A stretch of DNA of 64,000 nt from Balamuthia mandrillaris (taxonomy: Eukaryota). The stretch's first letter is position 1, and each line of letters starts with the position of its first letter. The DNA lies in the NCBI GenBank assembly GCA_031835245.2, contig JAVKOQ020000027.1:124001-188000 (forward strand), given 5' to 3'. Shown here piece after piece: positions 61,105 to 64,000 of this stretch. The position numbers were made by a program, and so were the translations under genes. The notes beneath the pieces were generated by a model. The model saw only the letters and a list, made by a program, of their open reading frames with translations, did not search any database and was not told where the DNA came from.

Positions 61105-63716
61105 AGAGACGCAACAGAAAAAAATGAACGTTAAACAAACTAAGACGATAATAGTAATACAAAAAAAAGAATAGAGTAAGAACAAGGTTACCTAAAGGTT
61201 TTGTAGAAACCAACGTTTTGCTCAGGTCCAGAAACACGAGTTCTGGCAAGTTGAATAGATGAGGTATGCCCGCGTTTGTGATGTCGGTGTTGGACAGGTT
61301 GAGATGTATCAAAGATGTAAGCTCCCCCATCGGTTCCATGAACTTTGTTTTATGAACGAACTTAGCATTAGGCAAAGAAGCATACACAAGAAAACGATGA
61401 AGGGAAGAGTAACAAGAGCTTGATAAAGATTACCTCATCTGTAAAGCTTGCATTAAGAGAAAGATCGAGAAAGGTCAGATTGTAGAGAGATGAAAGAAAA
61501 CTCCAATCCTGGACCATTGGGTTAAAGCAAACATCCAGTGCATTAAGGGACAAAGAGAGCCGCCCAATAGCTGCGGCGCCTTCATCACGAAGGTGTAATC
61601 GAGAGGCTTTCAACACTCGAATTGGACGAACTGCTGATAGGATTGTCTTTCTGTATTCTTCAAACGCTGAAGAAGTAGCATCCACCAAAGGAGGCGGTCC
61701 ATCCTCTTCTTCCTCTTCTGCGTTACTGCTCAAAAGGGATGGCTTTGAAGAAGCAGATTGCAACAATACCTCTATTCCACTATTGGCGATTTGTGTGCCG
61801 CTGATCGATATTTCCACCAAGAAAGGAAGCGAGCGAAGATGCATAAGAGTGGCATTACCGACGCGAGTGCCGTCCAAGTAAAGTATTTGAAGGTCTGGGC
61901 ATTTCTTGCCAATGTCCTCCAAAGCCTTGTCGTCGATGCGTTTACATCGGCTGAGATATAATGCACGTAGTCGCGGCATCCGGTTCAAGCATTGCGCCAC
62001 AGCTCTTTAAACAGGAAGAAGAAGAAGAAGAAGAAGAAGAAGAAGAAGAAGAAGAAGAAGAACAAGAAGACGAACAAGAAAAAGAAGACGAAGACGAACA
62101 AGAAGAAGAAGAAGAAGACAAACAAGAAGAAGCAGCAGCAGCAGAAGAAGAAGAAAAGAAAGAAGAAGGCGAAAGGTCAATGATTGAAAAAACAAAAACA
62201 AAAACAAAAACAAAAGAAATACTAGAAATAAGAAACGAACGTGCTGGAGATGCTATAGCAGCGAGAGAGATCAAGGAGCGTGAGAGAAGAATAGAAGGAA
62301 ACAGCATTGGCCAACCAATCATCGTTAACAGCATTCACGTTGGACAGATAGAGATTCTCCACCGAAAACTTGGAGAAAAACGTAAGATGGTCCAACTGAA
62401 GGCGTTGTGTTCGATGCAAATGAAGGAGGACACGTTCAATAACTTCAACTGGAAGTTGGTGGATCGATTCTATTTGTTTCAAGGGACGTAAGCATAATGT
62501 AGGAAGAGTTACAAAAGAAGAGGAGAAAGATGTTTATACCAGGAAGAGTAAAACGAACAGGAACATTGGTATCAGAGAGCCACTTTGAGCACACAAACTC
62601 TACACAATGGTCCTTCAACGAGGCCACGCTAGCACCTATCCTCCTTCCTTCCTCTTCTTCTTCTCCCTCGCCAACATTCCTCAACAAAGCAGACGATGAA
62701 GAAGAGCCAGAAGATGAAGAAGCAGCACCGGAGGAGGTGCCAGAGGTGCTGGAAGTAAGAAGAGCCCGAACAGGCGGATTGCTGCGAAAGAGCTCCATCG
62801 CGAGGGCCAAGCGAGCATAGGTGTTGCGGCTGTGCAGCAGGCTCAGCATCTTCTCCTCTGACACAACGCCCGGCAGGCTGGCCGCCATCCAAAAGGAGAG
62901 GGCCTTGGGGGAGTGCACAGGAGGCTCCTCGCCGATGCGCTGCCGAACCACCTTCCAAACGGAGTTGCGGTGGAAGCGAGCGCAAAAGTTCTGCACCATC
63001 CTCGCCGCGCTGCGCAGCAGTTCAGCCTTCTCCGTGGGGGAATAGGGGCGTTTGTCGTCAGTTTCCTCTTCGCCTTCCGCTTCCTCGTTTTCTTCTTCTT
63101 CGCCTTCAGAAAGGTCGTTGTAGTCTACAGCACGAATGATGGAGAAGAGAGTAGCGTCGCTGTCGCTGTTGTGGTGGTGGTGGCGGTGACGGTTGTTGTT
63201 TCGGTAGTACTTAATCTCTTCCTCCTCCTCCTCCACTTCGTCAGCGGGTCGCAGCACAAACTGGCCATGGTCCGCCGCACCTTCTTCTTTCCCTTGCAAA
63301 GTAGTGGTAGAAGTAGAGGTAGTGGCAGTTGAAGAAGAAGAAGGAGACAAAACTTTGAATCGACCCAAACATTTCGTCAACACGATGAATCGTTTCTTTT
63401 GCTTTCGTTCACCGCTTCCCCCCTCTGAGGCCTCTCCTTCTGCCTCTTCAGGGTAGTAGGCATTGCAGAGCTTGACCAAGCTGCCCACGTTGTTGTCCGG
63501 GTGGTCGGCCGTGCGGAAGAGGAGCCCAAAGAAGCGCCTGTGCGGGGGCAGCTGCGTGAGGCAGTGGTTGATGAGGGCTTCGGCGGCGGGCTCGAAGATG
63601 TTGAGCGGCTGGAAGGAGCCCGGGTAGACGATCTGCTTCAAGGTCGTGGGGAACAGAGGCAGCTCGAACACCTTCTTCTGGCGCAGTGGTGGGTGTTGGG
63701 ATTCGCTGGAAGCCAT
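60453..63716 (-). CDS. LON peptidase N-terminal (substrate-binding) domain fused to leucine-rich repeats, multi-exon
   Basis: ELPLFP..IVYPGSFQPLNIFEP, LSFWMAASL..LLHSRNTYARL; LRRs LRALYLSRCKRIDDKAL, LQILYLDGTRVGN, LNLSNTDITNAG. Confidence 0.75.
62014..62170. repeat. (GAA)n-rich array in intron
   Basis: Tandem repeat visible in sequence. Confidence 0.9.
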
Positions 63717-64000
63717 TTTCTTTTCTTCTTTTGTTTTTTTGCGCAAAAGAAAAATATTTGTCTGTTTTGCTTCTTTCCTGAAGAGAAAAACCGTAATTAA
63801 AAATTACCAAATATGATAAATCCACGTCATTAATGTAGACGCTAACACACGGCATTTCTGTGGACACATTATAAAGGCATTTCTGCGGACACCAACACAC
63901 GTCATTATTGTAGACATCAACACACGTCACAGAGTGTTGTCCGCACAAAATGGGTTGATCAGATTGTGCTCAAAAAGAGAGGTCAATACGTTTCGGCAAA

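Overview
Gene-dense, intron-rich eukaryotic genomic DNA: GT-AG introns, (CT)n/(TTC)n microsatellites inside introns and very short intergenic gaps. Style and gene content suggest a free-living amoeba (Discosea, Balamuthia/Acanthamoeba-like); this is inference only. About 25 protein genes: AP5B1, VPS16, TPR-MYND, PEX5 and PEX14 head-to-head, ISWI, eIF4E, CPSF6, Ras, a sorbosone-dehydrogenase-like protein, ING, CCT6, two tandem PIN/NYN-like genes, an EF-hand protein, PPWD1, an atypical MAPK, an SDR-GOLD-PP2C fusion, EMC2, histone H3, ELP5, a USP and a LON-N/LRR fusion. There is also a full-length PIF/Harbinger DNA transposon with TIRs and an AAT target-site duplication. The most unusual locus is 55252-59740. 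A prokaryote/phage-type SbcD-SbcC (Mre11-Rad50) fusion gene with a presequence-like N-terminus sits between two identical, inverted tRNA-Glu(CTC) genes. Its ATPase Walker-A-proximal exon segment lies on the opposite strand between perfect 37-bp inverted repeats. Exon boundaries were read by eye and are approximate.
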